Numbered from the stretch's first letter, positions 19,414-29,634 are shown. The stretch is DNA of 52,326 bases from Thermoplasmatota archaeon (GCA_046496795.1 JAWOGM010000001.1:1-52326), one strand, 5' to 3'. The notes: generated by a model not told the origin, from the letters alone. A program made the numbers and translations.

Positions 19414-19510
19414 TAAAAACAACACTGAAACAATCATTGGCAAATAAAACTTACGGGCTCCATGCTATAAAAAGTTTTTAGTAAATAAGTATATATTGTT
19501 TAATTATTCC

Positions 19511-20113
19511 ATGAAGAAAAAACACTTAGAAATAATGCTTCAAAAAATTCCACCAGCGCTCCAGCCCAATCCTATGTTAGAACAATATAGCACACCTGCA
19601 TCAATCGCTGCAGATATATTATATATTGCCTATCAATTTGGAGATATTTATGATAAATCCATTATAGATTTAGGATGTGGGACAGGAATATTTGCAATAG
19701 GATCTGCGCTTCTTGGCGCAAAAAAAATAATTGGAATCGACATTGATGACAAAGTTATACAGGCCGCAAAAGAAAATGCAAAAAGCTTTAATCTAAAAAT
19801 AGAATTTCTGACTCATTCTATTGAAAATGTACAACAAAAATGTGATACAGTACTTATGAACCCTCCCTTTGGTGCACAAAAAAGTAATGAAAAAGCAGAT
19901 AGGAAATTTATTGAAAAAGGATTTGAAATCGCAGATATACTCTATTCACTTCATTTGACAAAAACAATTCCCTTTCTGGAAAAAATGATATCATCTCTTA
20001 ACGGAACTTGTACTTTTCAAAAAAAATATCGTTTTCCTATTAAATGGCAGTTCAGTTTTCATTCAAAACAACAAAAAGAATTTGAGGTAACACTAATTCG
20101 AATACAAATATAA
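19511..20113 (+). CDS. METTL5-like N6-adenine RNA methyltransferase
   Basis: LEQYSTP, DLGCGTG, NPPFG and FSFH motifs; ATG 19511 preferred over TTG 19496. Confidence 0.9.
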   Translation: MKKKHLEIMLQKIPPALQPNPMLEQYSTPASIAADILYIAYQFGDIYDKSIIDLGCGTGIFAIGSALLGAKKIIGIDIDDKVIQAAKENAKSFNLKIEFLTHSIENVQQKCDTVLMNPPFGAQKSNEKADRKFIEKGFEIADILYSLHLTKTIPFLEKMISSLNGTCTFQKKYRFPIKWQFSFHSKQQKEFEVTLIRIQI

Positions 20114-20259
20114 GATAATTTTTAAAAACGTTAGTGTATTGTCGTTGTTAATAAATCATATATAAAAGCATTGTATGATTCATCCGAAAGTATAATAATA
20201 TATTACTTTATCTGCTTTCGATTTAAAGCACAAAAAAAAAGTAAGGATTAGTGATAAAA

Positions 20260-20652
20260 TTGGCCCGAACTAAGACAAAGAAATTCAGAGGATCTATGAC
20301 TCATGGCAAAGGTAAAAAAGCCGGTAGAGGTGCTGGTTTAAGAGGTGGAAGAGGAAACGCGGGATTACATAAACATAGACATATGCATATGTTAAAATAT
20401 ATGCCTGATCATTTTGGACCTCGCGGTTTCAAAAGAGACGCCAGTATTGCAAAAAGAGATACAACAATCAATGTTGGTCAACTGGAAGAAAGATTTCCAG
20501 GTAAAAAAGATATAGATTTGACAAAAGAAGGGTTTGATAAATTACTTGGTGCAGGAAAGATTAATTCAAGTTTAAAAATTAAAGTTAATGCTGCTTCACA
20601 AAAGGCAATAGATAAAATTGCTGAGAAAAATGGAGAAGTAAAAGTAGAATAA
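20260..20652 (+). CDS. rpl15p: 50S ribosomal protein uL15
   Basis: RGSMTHGKG..GRGAG.RGGRGNAG, KLLGAG and KAIDKI motifs. Start is TTG 20260 or GTG 20251. Confidence 0.97.
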   Translation: MARTKTKKFRGSMTHGKGKKAGRGAGLRGGRGNAGLHKHRHMHMLKYMPDHFGPRGFKRDASIAKRDTTINVGQLEERFPGKKDIDLTKEGFDKLLGAGKINSSLKIKVNAASQKAIDKIAEKNGEVKVE

Positions 20653-20662
20653 GGTTTTTGAT

Positions 20663-22210
20663 ATGGCTGAAGAAAAGAAGAGTCGTTTATTTGCGTTAAA
20701 ACCATTAATTGAGCGTTGGCCTGCTGTTAACAAACCTGAAGGGCATGTTACCTTTAGAACAAAGATATTATGGACTGTTCTTTGTTTAATTATTTATTTT
20801 ATTTTAACCAATGTCATGATTTGGGGTGTTAGTGATGTCATCCTAGACATGTTTGCTGGTTTTCGAGCAATTATGGCAGGTGCATCAGGCTCAGTTATGC
20901 ATCTAGGCATAGGACCCATTGTTACTGCATCCATTATTCTTCAGCTCTTTGTAGGTGCAAAAATCATTAAACTAGATCTTACTAAACAGGAAGATAAAGC
21001 AATCTATCAGGGCACGCAAAAGATTCTTGTTGTAGTAATGATTCTTGTTGAAGCTATTCCACAAGTCTATGGATACCTCAGTCCTAGTGAAAGTCTGGTA
21101 AATCTTGTCGGAGGGACGGGGCTTGCTAATATTATTATTATAGCCCAAATAGGTTTTGGCGCATTTCTTGTATTTCTCATGGATGAACTCATTTCAAAAT
21201 GGGGAATTGGCTCTGGTATTTCTCTGTTTATTGCTGCTGGTGTCTCTCAATCATTATTTACTGGGCTTTTTAACTGGCTACCTACCCAATCTGGAGTTCC
21301 AATTGGAATAAACAACCCCCCTGCTGGAACTATTCCAGGCACATTTTATTTAGTATCTGAAATGACTCTTGGTGAGATGTTTGAATATGGTTATGAGATT
21401 ATATTTATCGGTCATCAAGGATTTCCAAATGCAATAGTACCACTCATAGGAACGATACTTATCTTCTTCCTTGTGATATTTGCTGAATCTTCAAGAATTG
21501 AGTTACCCCTTGCTCATGCAAAGGCAAGAGGAGCTCGAGGAAGATATCCTATACGATTAATTTACGCATCAGTTATTCCAGTCATTCTTGTTTCCGCACT
21601 TCTGGCTAATATAAACATGTTTGCACTATTATTTTATACACATCCAACTTTGAGTAGACTACCACTTGTTGGTAAACAATGGTGGATAGGTGCTTATGAA
21701 ACAGCAGCAGGTTCTACAGAACCTATTATGGGTGGTGCGTGGTATTTATCACATCTTGGAGGTATTAGAGGATGGCTTATGCCAATTATTACTGGCGGAG
21801 ATGGCATGCATGCACCTTGGCAGTTTGCATTAAAAGTTATAATATATCTTTCGGTAATGATTTTTGGATCTGTTCTTTTTGCTAAGTTTTGGATTGAGAC
21901 AACTAATATGGGAGCTCGAGATGTGGCAAAACAAATTCAAAATTCTGGAATGGTCATTCCAGGATTCCGAAGAGACCCTCGCATTTTAGGTCGCGTTTTG
22001 GAACGATATATCCCTGTTGTTACAGTAATAGGTGGTATGGCTATTGGCGCTCTTGCTGGTTTTAGCGATGCGATTGGTACTGTTGGACAAACAGGTGGTA
22101 CCGGACTGTTATTAACAGTTGGTATCATGATTCAAATGTATGAACAAATCGCAAAAGAACAAGCAATGGAAATGCATCCTGTACTACGAGGATTCTTTGG
22201 TGCAGAATAA
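20663..22210 (+). CDS. secY: Preprotein translocase SecY
   Basis: LGIGPIVTASIILQL, KWGIGSGISLFI, YPIRLIYAS and IPGFRRD motifs. Confidence 0.98.
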   Translation: MAEEKKSRLFALKPLIERWPAVNKPEGHVTFRTKILWTVLCLIIYFILTNVMIWGVSDVILDMFAGFRAIMAGASGSVMHLGIGPIVTASIILQLFVGAKIIKLDLTKQEDKAIYQGTQKILVVVMILVEAIPQVYGYLSPSESLVNLVGGTGLANIIIIAQIGFGAFLVFLMDELISKWGIGSGISLFIAAGVSQSLFTGLFNWLPTQSGVPIGINNPPAGTIPGTFYLVSEMTLGEMFEYGYEIIFIGHQGFPNAIVPLIGTILIFFLVIFAESSRIELPLAHAKARGARGRYPIRLIYASVIPVILVSALLANINMFALLFYTHPTLSRLPLVGKQWWIGAYETAAGSTEPIMGGAWYLSHLGGIRGWLMPIITGGDGMHAPWQFALKVIIYLSVMIFGSVLFAKFWIETTNMGARDVAKQIQNSGMVIPGFRRDPRILGRVLERYIPVVTVIGGMAIGALAGFSDAIGTVGQTGGTGLLLTVGIMIQMYEQIAKEQAMEMHPVLRGFFGAE

Positions 22211-22224
22211 GAGGAGAGTAGTGT

Positions 22225-22773
22225 ATGGGAGTTATAGTTGTTACAGGAATCCCAGGTGTTGGTAAAACTACAGTGATGAAAAAAGCAGCTGAAGGATTAA
22301 ACATTGAATTTGTTACGTTTGGAACAGTCATGATTGATATTGCAACAGAGAAAGGTTTTGTAAAAAATAGAGATGAAATGAGAAAGCTTACTGTCGAACA
22401 GCAGAAAGAATTACAGATTCTCTCAGCTGAAAAAGTATCCTCTATGGGAAATGTTATTCTAGATACACATTGTACTGTTAAAACACCAAAAGGCTATATG
22501 CCTGGTCTACCAGAATGGGTTTTAAAGAAATTAAAACCTACTGCAATTGTTGTTGTCGAGGCCGATCCTGAGGAAATTTTTAATCGTCGAGCAAATGATA
22601 CATCTCGCAATAGAGATACTGATTCCGTTGACCAAATCAACGAGCATCAAATGATAAATAGAGCTGCTGCCATGGCATATTCTGCGTTGACAGGCGCTAC
22701 AGTTAAAATTGTATTTAACCATGATAATGCTATTGAAAATGCTGTACAGCAAGCCGAACCTGTGGTAAAATGA
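22225..22773 (+). CDS. adkA: Archaeal adenylate kinase
   Basis: TGIPGVGKTT, RDEMRKL, DTH and PGLP motifs; located after secY. Confidence 0.95.
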   Translation: MGVIVVTGIPGVGKTTVMKKAAEGLNIEFVTFGTVMIDIATEKGFVKNRDEMRKLTVEQQKELQILSAEKVSSMGNVILDTHCTVKTPKGYMPGLPEWVLKKLKPTAIVVVEADPEEIFNRRANDTSRNRDTDSVDQINEHQMINRAAAMAYSALTGATVKIVFNHDNAIENAVQQAEPVVK

Positions 22774-23423
22774 AAAAAATGGATAATAATGCACAAGGTA
22801 GCCAAATGATGCTGCTGATGCTGTTTTTATTGATGATGCTTTTTATTATGCCTACTTTTGGTCCAATTCTTGGAACCTATGCAGGATATGTGTTAGAGCC
22901 ACTTATTGGTTTTAATGGTAGTTATCCAATGCTCACCTTATTTTTTGCTGGTATTATTGTAGTATTGTGTTCTTCTCTTTTAACAAATCTTTTTACTGAT
23001 TGGATTGCTATGGGAAGAGCCCAGGAAGTAAGTAAAGAGTTCCAAAAAGAAATAACAAAGGCTCGAAAAGAGGGAAATACAAAAAAAGTAAATAAACTGA
23101 TGAAAAAGCAGCCGGAAATAATGAAACTAACAACGCAATCATCCAGTGGTATGATGAAACCTATGGTGTTTCTAATGATTATTATCTGGCCTATTTTTAT
23201 TTGGTTACGAGGATTTCTTGCTGATTTGCCCTATCATTATTTTACTGTTCCATGGAGTAGCGGGGTTTTTATTTTTGATACTACACTACCAGGAGGAGTG
23301 TGGCTATGGATATATTTAATTGTATCAATTGTGTTTGGGCAGTTGATACGTCAGGCATTAAAAGTAGCTTCATGGTCTGATAAGTGGCAAAATATTAAAA
23401 AGAAGATTAAACCCTCTCTATAA
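22770..23423 (+). CDS. DUF106 / Oxa1-superfamily (EMC3/TMCO1-like) membrane insertase
   Basis: TM-coiled coil-TM topology, MKPM...P.FIW and W.WIY motifs; conserved position after adk. Confidence 0.9.
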   Translation: MKKMDNNAQGSQMMLLMLFLLMMLFIMPTFGPILGTYAGYVLEPLIGFNGSYPMLTLFFAGIIVVLCSSLLTNLFTDWIAMGRAQEVSKEFQKEITKARKEGNTKKVNKLMKKQPEIMKLTTQSSSGMMKPMVFLMIIIWPIFIWLRGFLADLPYHYFTVPWSSGVFIFDTTLPGGVWLWIYLIVSIVFGQLIRQALKVASWSDKWQNIKKKIKPSL

Positions 23424-23434
23424 TAAGTAGGAAT

Positions 23435-23962
23435 ATGAGATGTATTACAATTAGTGGGCCTCCAGGTGCTGGAACAACAACGGTGTCTCAGTTATTATCA
23501 GAAAAGACAAATATTGAGTATATTTATGCTGGTAATATTTTCCGAACTATGGCTGAAAAATACAATATGTCTCTTGAGGAATTTGGACAGTATTGTGAAA
23601 ATCATAGAGAAATCGATGAAAAACTTGATGCCTATCAGCTTGAAATCCTTAAGAAGGGAAATGTTATTTTAGAAGGAAGAATTGCAGGATGGATCGCTTA
23701 TAGAAATAGTATTGATGCATTAAAAATTTTAATTACAGCTGATTTAGAGACTCGGGTACAGCGAATTATAAAACGAGAGCAGGGGGATTTTGAAAAAAGA
23801 ATGAAAGAGATGAGAAAAAGAGAGATAAGTGAAAAAACCCGGTATAAAAAATATTATGATATTGATCTTGATGAGACATTAATTTATGATTTTGTTATTG
23901 ATTCATCAAATAAAACAGCCCAGGAGATTGTTGATATAATACGTGGGGAAATTAAAAAATAA
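23435..23962 (+). CDS. cmk: Cytidylate kinase (archaeal)
   Basis: ITISGPPGAGTTT, AG.IFR, EGRIAGW and RE.SE..RY..YY.ID motifs. Confidence 0.95.
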   Translation: MRCITISGPPGAGTTTVSQLLSEKTNIEYIYAGNIFRTMAEKYNMSLEEFGQYCENHREIDEKLDAYQLEILKKGNVILEGRIAGWIAYRNSIDALKILITADLETRVQRIIKREQGDFEKRMKEMRKREISEKTRYKKYYDIDLDETLIYDFVIDSSNKTAQEIVDIIRGEIKK

Positions 23963-24000
23963 TCTACTTTTTATATCTTATGTTTATACAGGCAATAACG

Positions 24001-24999
24001 ATGAATAAAAAAAATAGTTTACCTTCTGATAAAATTCGAAAGAGAGTTATTAAGATTTCTGCAAAGACAAATCCACATTATGGTAAATCTCCACAGGAAC
24101 GTACAGTAGCAGAATTGTTACAGAATGGTTGTATTATTCTTGATAAAACATCAGGTCCTACTTCTCATCAAATCGTTCATTGGGTAAAAGAAATACTTGA
24201 AATTGATAAAGCTGGTCATGGTGGGACTCTTGATCCAGCGGTAACTGGTGTGCTACCTATCGCCCTTGGTGATGCAACCCGTGCGTTACAGGTTTTATTA
24301 TTATCTGGTAAAGAATATGTTGGAATAATGAAACTGCATAAACAAGTAGATTCAAAAAAGATTGAAAGTGTTTGTCATTCTTTTATTGGTGAGATATCTC
24401 AGGTTCCACCGCTTCGTTCTGCTGTAAAAAGAGTTCGTCGAAAACGAGAGATCTATTATTTTGAAATCCTGCAAATTAAGGACACTGAAGTCTTGTTTCG
24501 TGTTGGCTGTGAAGCAGGGACTTATATACGAACCTTATGTGTTAGTATAGGTAAGAAACTTGGATGTGGTGCCCATCTTGCAGAACTTCGACGAACCAGA
24601 GTAGGCAGTATAACTGAGGAAAGTTGTGTGACATTGCATGATGTCAAAGATGCATATATTTTTTGGAAAAAAGACGGTGATGAATCCTATATTCGTAACC
24701 ATATTTTGCCAATGGAACGGTTATTAGATCATATCCCTAAAATTGTTATTCGTGATTCTGCAGTCGATGCACTCTGCCATGGTGCAAACCTAGCAATACC
24801 TGGAATTGTTGAAATTGATACAGAGATAAAAAAAGATGATCTTGTAGCAGTAATGAGCTTGAAAGGGGAAGGTGTTGCACTTGTTCGAGCACTGTTTTCT
24901 ACTGAGCAAATAGTTGAAAAGGATACCGGGCTTTGTGCCCAATTAGAACGTGTGCTTATGAACAAGGGAACATATCCTTCAATTTGGAAAAAATCATAA
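24001..24999 (+). CDS. cbf5: H/ACA pseudouridine synthase Cbf5
   Basis: DK..GPTSHQ, GHGGTLDP and GTYIRTLC motifs plus PUA domain. Start is 24001 or 23980. Confidence 0.96.
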   Translation: MNKKNSLPSDKIRKRVIKISAKTNPHYGKSPQERTVAELLQNGCIILDKTSGPTSHQIVHWVKEILEIDKAGHGGTLDPAVTGVLPIALGDATRALQVLLLSGKEYVGIMKLHKQVDSKKIESVCHSFIGEISQVPPLRSAVKRVRRKREIYYFEILQIKDTEVLFRVGCEAGTYIRTLCVSIGKKLGCGAHLAELRRTRVGSITEESCVTLHDVKDAYIFWKKDGDESYIRNHILPMERLLDHIPKIVIRDSAVDALCHGANLAIPGIVEIDTEIKKDDLVAVMSLKGEGVALVRALFSTEQIVEKDTGLCAQLERVLMNKGTYPSIWKKS

Positions 25000-25033
25000 A
25001 AAGGATGGTTTAGTTTCGCCTTTTTAAGTATAT

Positions 25034-25118
25034 GCCGAGGTGGCCCAGCCTGGAACGGCGCGAGACTGGAAATCTCGTGACGCATTGCGTCTCAGGAGTT
25101 CAAATCTCCTCCTCGGCG
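25034..25118 (+). tRNA. tRNA-Ser(GGA)
   Basis: GCCGAGG..CCTCGGC-G acceptor, anticodon arm CGAGA-CTGGAAA-TCTCG, long variable arm GACGCA-T-TGCGTC. Confidence 0.97.
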
Positions 25119-25142
25119 TTTTAAATTTACAATTTTCATTTT

Positions 25143-25709
25143 TTATAGTAATACCTCTGCAAAAAATATTGAGCCGATAACAATGAATAAAATTGCGGTA
25201 CCAATTTTGATTTTTTTACTTTCCACATACTCACAGAGTTTCTTTCCAAATAGTACTCCAATACCAATAATAAAAGCAAGTCCCAATAGTGAACCGATTA
25301 ATACGGGGAGAGGTGCAGCATAACGCGCGGTAAGACCAATAACAGCAAACTGGGTTTTATCACCCATCTCTGCAACAGCGGAAAGGATAAATGAATTACG
25401 AAAAACATGGCTGTCTTTTAGTACTGTCTTTGTATCCTCTTCTTTTGAAAAAAATGTATAAACCCCAAATAAAATAAAAATAGTTGCGGCAATTATTTTA
25501 AGAAGTTTCAATGGAATATATGAATAAAGTATTGTTCCTATGGTTATACCTAATACTGTCACAAGTGCCATACCAAGAAAAACACCGCAAAAAACAGGCA
25601 TATGTTTATATCTAGATGCAAGTGATATTGTCATCAACTGGGTCTTATCTCCAAGCTCAGCAACAACAAATAATATGAATGCGATGCCAATAACTATTAA
25701 CCAGACCAT
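25143..25709 (-). CDS. TMEM165/GDT1 (UPF0016) Ca2+/Mn2+ transporter
   Basis: Two E-x-G-D-K-T-Q motifs (ELGDKTQ, EMGDKTQ) and six TM segments. Confidence 0.93.
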   Translation of the reverse strand: MVWLIVIGIAFILFVVAELGDKTQLMTISLASRYKHMPVFCGVFLGMALVTVLGITIGTILYSYIPLKLLKIIAATIFILFGVYTFFSKEEDTKTVLKDSHVFRNSFILSAVAEMGDKTQFAVIGLTARYAAPLPVLIGSLLGLAFIIGIGVLFGKKLCEYVESKKIKIGTAILFIVIGSIFFAEVLL

Positions 25710-25796
25710 AATTCTGTCATGTATCTCTCATTAAAGTTTTTTTTGTATATAGCGTTATAATATATACAATCAATAGTATGTTTCTATGTCAGAACT

Positions 25797-26297
25797 TTAT
25801 TCATATTCAATGATACAATACATTCCTTTCTTAATTCCATAAAATCTACTTAATCCATAATTAATTTCCACAACATATGCTGCAGGTAGGTGGCTATGAT
25901 ATCGTGTTAGATTTGAATCTGATACATTATATTCCACCTCTGCAGATTCAACATTAATGACACTATTTTTTTCGTCTATAAAAATGATGTCCAATGGTAT
26001 ATGAGTATTTTTCATCCAAAATGAGACATTTCTAGGAGGATCTATGACAAACAACATTCCTTGATGATGTGGCAAGTATTGCTGATTCATGAAACCTTCT
26101 TGAAGCTGTGTTGGAGAAATTGCTACCTCACAGGTAAAGGATATTGATGTGTTATTTAGTGGGAAAAACGTCACAATGGCTGTTTTTGTTGTTATTTGCT
26201 GTTTTTGCATGGCATGATTGTAAATAAAAAATGTTAAAAGAAATAGTATGAGTGACATAATTATTATAAGTATAAAGAAGCGTAATTTGTTATTCAT
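25797..26297 (-). CDS. DUF192 family protein with N-terminal membrane anchor
   Basis: EVA......G.M, GMLF, FWMKNT.IPLDIIFID and YVVE motifs. Confidence 0.9.
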   Translation of the reverse strand: MNNKLRFFILIIIMSLILFLLTFFIYNHAMQKQQITTKTAIVTFFPLNNTSISFTCEVAISPTQLQEGFMNQQYLPHHQGMLFVIDPPRNVSFWMKNTHIPLDIIFIDEKNSVINVESAEVEYNVSDSNLTRYHSHLPAAYVVEINYGLSRFYGIKKGMYCIIEYE

Positions 26298-26471
26298 TTG
26301 GCATTATAAGAGATAAATGATTAGTTTATAATGTTTGACGATTTAAAATATGTATTTATTTTTATATATATTTTTAGTACTCTTTTCATGAATATAACTC
26401 AAAGAATTATAGGATTACTGAACCAATTTGCAATGATTAATATACAACTATCCAATAAACCCTAGAGAATC

Positions 26472-27179
26472 ATGGAATCAATCGTACTTCCCCAAGCCAG
26501 TTTATTTCTAGGGGTCATCCCTGCACTAATACTTTTATATTTAAGTTTAAAAGATTATGAAGGAATGTATAAAGATAAAACAATTTTTCTCACCTTTGTC
26601 GTAGGAATAGTACTTGGATTTATTGCAGCATTTGTCCAATCATTAACCTTTTTTTCTTTAATATCTATAGTTTTGATCTGTTCATTTGACCAACTTTTAA
26701 AAACAATAATACTTAATATAGGAAGATTTCAAAAAAAGATTGAAACGCCAATCTATGGTCTATGCTTGGGTTTAGGATTTGGATCATCATTTACTCCTTT
26801 TTATATCATAGCATTTAGTAGGCTTATACCTACTCAAGCATCGATTTTATTTTTAGTTGGAATAGGATCTTTTGGGCTTATTTTATTTCATGGAGCAACA
26901 GGAGCATATGTTGGCTATGGAATTTATGTTGGAAAACTATTCAAATATCTTATTAAAGCTATAGTATTTCAACTACCCCTTAATTTTTTAGTAGGATTAC
27001 TTATTATAACATCAGATCCTGCAGATATACCTGTAACAACAATACTTGTCTTTAGCATCATTGCATATGGGGCAGTAATTTTTTGGTATGTATCTACAAA
27101 GATAATACCCCAGATTCTTCCCAAAAATATAAGAAGAAGAAAAGGAAAAGGTAAACCCTTATCAAAAACCCAGGATTAA
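26472..27179 (+). CDS. Polytopic membrane protein, distantly PrsW-like
   Basis: About 7 TM; DQLLK, YG...GLGFG and LFHG motifs are spaced like PrsW EExxK, GxGF and H. Confidence 0.55.
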   Translation: MESIVLPQASLFLGVIPALILLYLSLKDYEGMYKDKTIFLTFVVGIVLGFIAAFVQSLTFFSLISIVLICSFDQLLKTIILNIGRFQKKIETPIYGLCLGLGFGSSFTPFYIIAFSRLIPTQASILFLVGIGSFGLILFHGATGAYVGYGIYVGKLFKYLIKAIVFQLPLNFLVGLLIITSDPADIPVTTILVFSIIAYGAVIFWYVSTKIIPQILPKNIRRRKGKGKPLSKTQD

Positions 27180-27454
27180 AAAAATGTCTCAAATCTTTTA
27201 AAACAATATGGGCAGATTATTGAATCAAAAGGGATAGGACGGCCACAATTCGTACAAAACCTCTTACCTTGGGAGCTACTGGCTTTTACATAATCATAAG
27301 AAATTTTTTCATAAGAACTTGCAGGCATTGAATGCATATGAACATCGTTTTTCATTTTTTGGTTCTCAAAACAATCCAAACAAAGTCTTTTGCCTTCAAA
27401 TATTCGTATTATGAGAACTTCATCGCCACAGCATTCACATTTTTCTCCAACCAT
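27176..27454 (-). CDS. Double zinc-ribbon protein
   Basis: N-terminal CECC..CLDC and C-terminal CTNCGRPIPFDSIICPYC. Confidence 0.75.
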   Translation of the reverse strand: MVGEKCECCGDEVLIIRIFEGKRLCLDCFENQKMKNDVHMHSMPASSYEKISYDYVKASSSQGKRFCTNCGRPIPFDSIICPYCFKRFETFF

Positions 27455-27718
27455 ATATAAATCACGCTCGTATGATAGATAATATGTTAGGGTATGAAAA
27501 AACCTTTATTCATATGTTTCTAAATAAAACCTTCTAAAACTTTTTTACAAAACGAACATTTTTTTACATTAAAAAATCGTCTTAGAGTGGATTCAAAATA
27601 TTTTTAACAATTATGCCTCAAGCCTATGATAAAAAAAGGATTCTAAAAAAAGATGAAAACATTGGAATATTCTATTTATTCCAATGTTGATTAACTATTC
27701 TTTTAAAGAGATAGTTGA

Positions 27719-28129
27719 TTATTCCTCAAATTTTTTTGCACAGTATGGGCAAGCTCTGGCATCCATAGGTATTGGTCTACCGCAATTCGGACACATTCTT
27801 TTGGATTCTTCTTTTTCGCCACCAATTGGGGGACGTACAACAAGCCAGATGATAAGACCAATGATTCCAGTTATTAAAACAATAAGTAGCCACAATGCTC
27901 CACTTGAACCACGTTTCTTTGCATCTTTATAGACCCATATAGCTAAAATGATCCAAATAATAAACATTATAAACGGAATGATACAAAATAATCCCAATCC
28001 TAATCCAAATACCTCCCAGGGTACATCATCGGGATAATAATATTCATAATCTTGTGCGCTTACAATAGCACTGCATGCTATTAATGTTAAAATGGCTGCT
28101 ATACATATCGTTATTTTATTTATTTTCAA
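27719..28129 (-). CDS. Membrane protein (signal + PLDc_N-like hairpin) with C-terminal zinc ribbon
   Basis: WVYKDAKKRG...LW...GIIGLIIWL..RP and CPNCGRPIPMDARACPYC; SD GAGGTGA precedes the TTG. Confidence 0.85.
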   Translation of the reverse strand: MKINKITICIAAILTLIACSAIVSAQDYEYYYPDDVPWEVFGLGLGLFCIIPFIMFIIWIILAIWVYKDAKKRGSSGALWLLIVLITGIIGLIIWLVVRPPIGGEKEESKRMCPNCGRPIPMDARACPYCAKKFEE

Positions 28130-28167
28130 ACTTTCACCTCTACTAGAGGATATTTATACTTGTTTAA

Positions 28168-28710
28168 TTACTTTTTGATTTTTTCACGCCGTATTATTTG
28201 CACTTCGTCAACTATAACACCAACAGATAATCCGCAAACAATACCCACAAGTAAACCAGTGATAACCCGAATAATATTTGTACTCTCCCAGAAACCAAAT
28301 AATTGCATAATACCATCTATTCCAATAGGAATCAAACTAAACACAACTATTACTAGAAAGTTTCTATCAAGATTAATTGTATATAAAAGCATAATGCCTA
28401 GGCCAATGACAATGCCAACAAATATTGCAGTACATCTTGCACAAAATGGCATGGAGTTTTCGTTTAAAATAAATGACCGTTCAACTTTCTGATGACAAAA
28501 AATATCTCCTGAGAGATAGATATAATTCCAAGGAAAAGACATATTATCCATGAAATCTTTGTTATCGATACTACCAGCAAATCCTGAAAAATCATCGACT
28601 GACCCTTTCGGTAGCATAATAGGTGCTAAAAATTGTAGCAGTATCCATATAAAAAAAATAATGAATAAAACAAAGGTGATGCTTCTAAAATTCTTTTCCT
28701 TTCGCTCCAT
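28168..28710 (-). CDS. DUF2085 membrane protein
   Basis: CHQ..ERSF, PFCARC.AI, P..IDG..Q and ESTN..R.ITG motifs; start 28710 preferred over 28734. Confidence 0.88.
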   Translation of the reverse strand: MERKEKNFRSITFVLFIIFFIWILLQFLAPIMLPKGSVDDFSGFAGSIDNKDFMDNMSFPWNYIYLSGDIFCHQKVERSFILNENSMPFCARCTAIFVGIVIGLGIMLLYTINLDRNFLVIVVFSLIPIGIDGIMQLFGFWESTNIIRVITGLLVGIVCGLSVGVIVDEVQIIRREKIKK

Positions 28711-29254
28711 TATGAAAATCATCCTGGGAGACAAATAAGAGTAAAACCGCTATGATAGAAAGAACTGTGCCAATAAAAAATCCTATAGAAAAAATGGCAA
28801 GGATTGAACAGAGAAAAGTAAAAAGAAAATTTCTTCGTTTAAAAGCAGTTATTGAGCCGATAATTGCAATGATTGAAAAAATAAACAAGGGTATTGAAAA
28901 GAAAATATTACCCATCATATTAAAATAACTAACTATGAATTCAAATTCGGTAAGATTAAGTTCATTATTTAACACAAATAATAATGCTGTAAAAATACCA
29001 AGTATGCCTGTGCTAAGTAAGAGAAAAGAAACAATTGCTGGTTTATTAGTATGTTTTCTCATTGCTGAGAGAATTGTTTTTCGTGGCTCACCATGTTCCT
29101 CCCAACCACATTCTTCGGTATCAGCCTCACATTTTCTTTTTATTCTGAAGGCATGAGTACATTGCGGACATTCAATTCTATGGATTTCTTTGTCATCAGT
29201 GAGATCCATAACAAACTCATGTTTGCAATTGGGACAAGTTGTTTTTCCTTTCAT
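28685..29254 (-). CDS. N-terminal zinc-ribbon membrane protein
   Basis: CPNCKHEF..CPQC.HAF followed by 3-4 TM segments. Confidence 0.75.
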   Translation of the reverse strand: MKGKTTCPNCKHEFVMDLTDDKEIHRIECPQCTHAFRIKRKCEADTEECGWEEHGEPRKTILSAMRKHTNKPAIVSFLLLSTGILGIFTALLFVLNNELNLTEFEFIVSYFNMMGNIFFSIPLFIFSIIAIIGSITAFKRRNFLFTFLCSILAIFSIGFFIGTVLSIIAVLLLFVSQDDFHNGAKGKEF

Positions 29255-29418
29255 TTATTTTCAGATTTTAGTGAAATAAGTACAGAGTTAAGAAGGTTTC
29301 TATAATATCTTGTATCTCTCTTTTTATTGTTTTTGGTGAGAGAAGTTTTTTTGATATAATGGTACATCATATTTATATATAATATGTTCATTCTCGGTAA
29401 ACTAAAAGAGGACTGTCG

Positions 29419-29568
29419 ATGGCACGATTCCCGGAAGCTGAAAAACGATTATTAAATAAGATGATCTGCATGAAATGTGGTGCAGTCAATGCACAAAAAG
29501 CATCACGATGTCGTAGATGTAGATCAAAAGAACTAAGAGTGAAAGCAAAAGTAGGCAGAGGAGTATAA
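29419..29568 (+). CDS. rpl40e: 50S ribosomal protein eL40 (49 aa; absent from ORF track)
   Basis: Translates to [44 protein letters not shown]; GAGG SD upstream. Confidence 0.96.
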   Translation: MARFPEAEKRLLNKMICMKCGAVNAQKASRCRRCRSKELRVKAKVGRGV

Positions 29569-29634
29569 TAATTTTTTAAACCATCATGTTTAAAAACAAT
29601 ACCTCTTTTTTGGTTTTGAACAGTTGGATTTACT

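Noticed and set aside
25710-25796. Possible Mn-sensing riboswitch upstream of the GDT1 transporter
   Set aside because: The spacer is short and AT-rich with no stable stems or yybP-ykoY motifs.
25119-29400. Accessory genes after tRNA-Ser as an integrated element
   Set aside because: No integrase, no duplicated tRNA 3' end found, and composition resembles the host.
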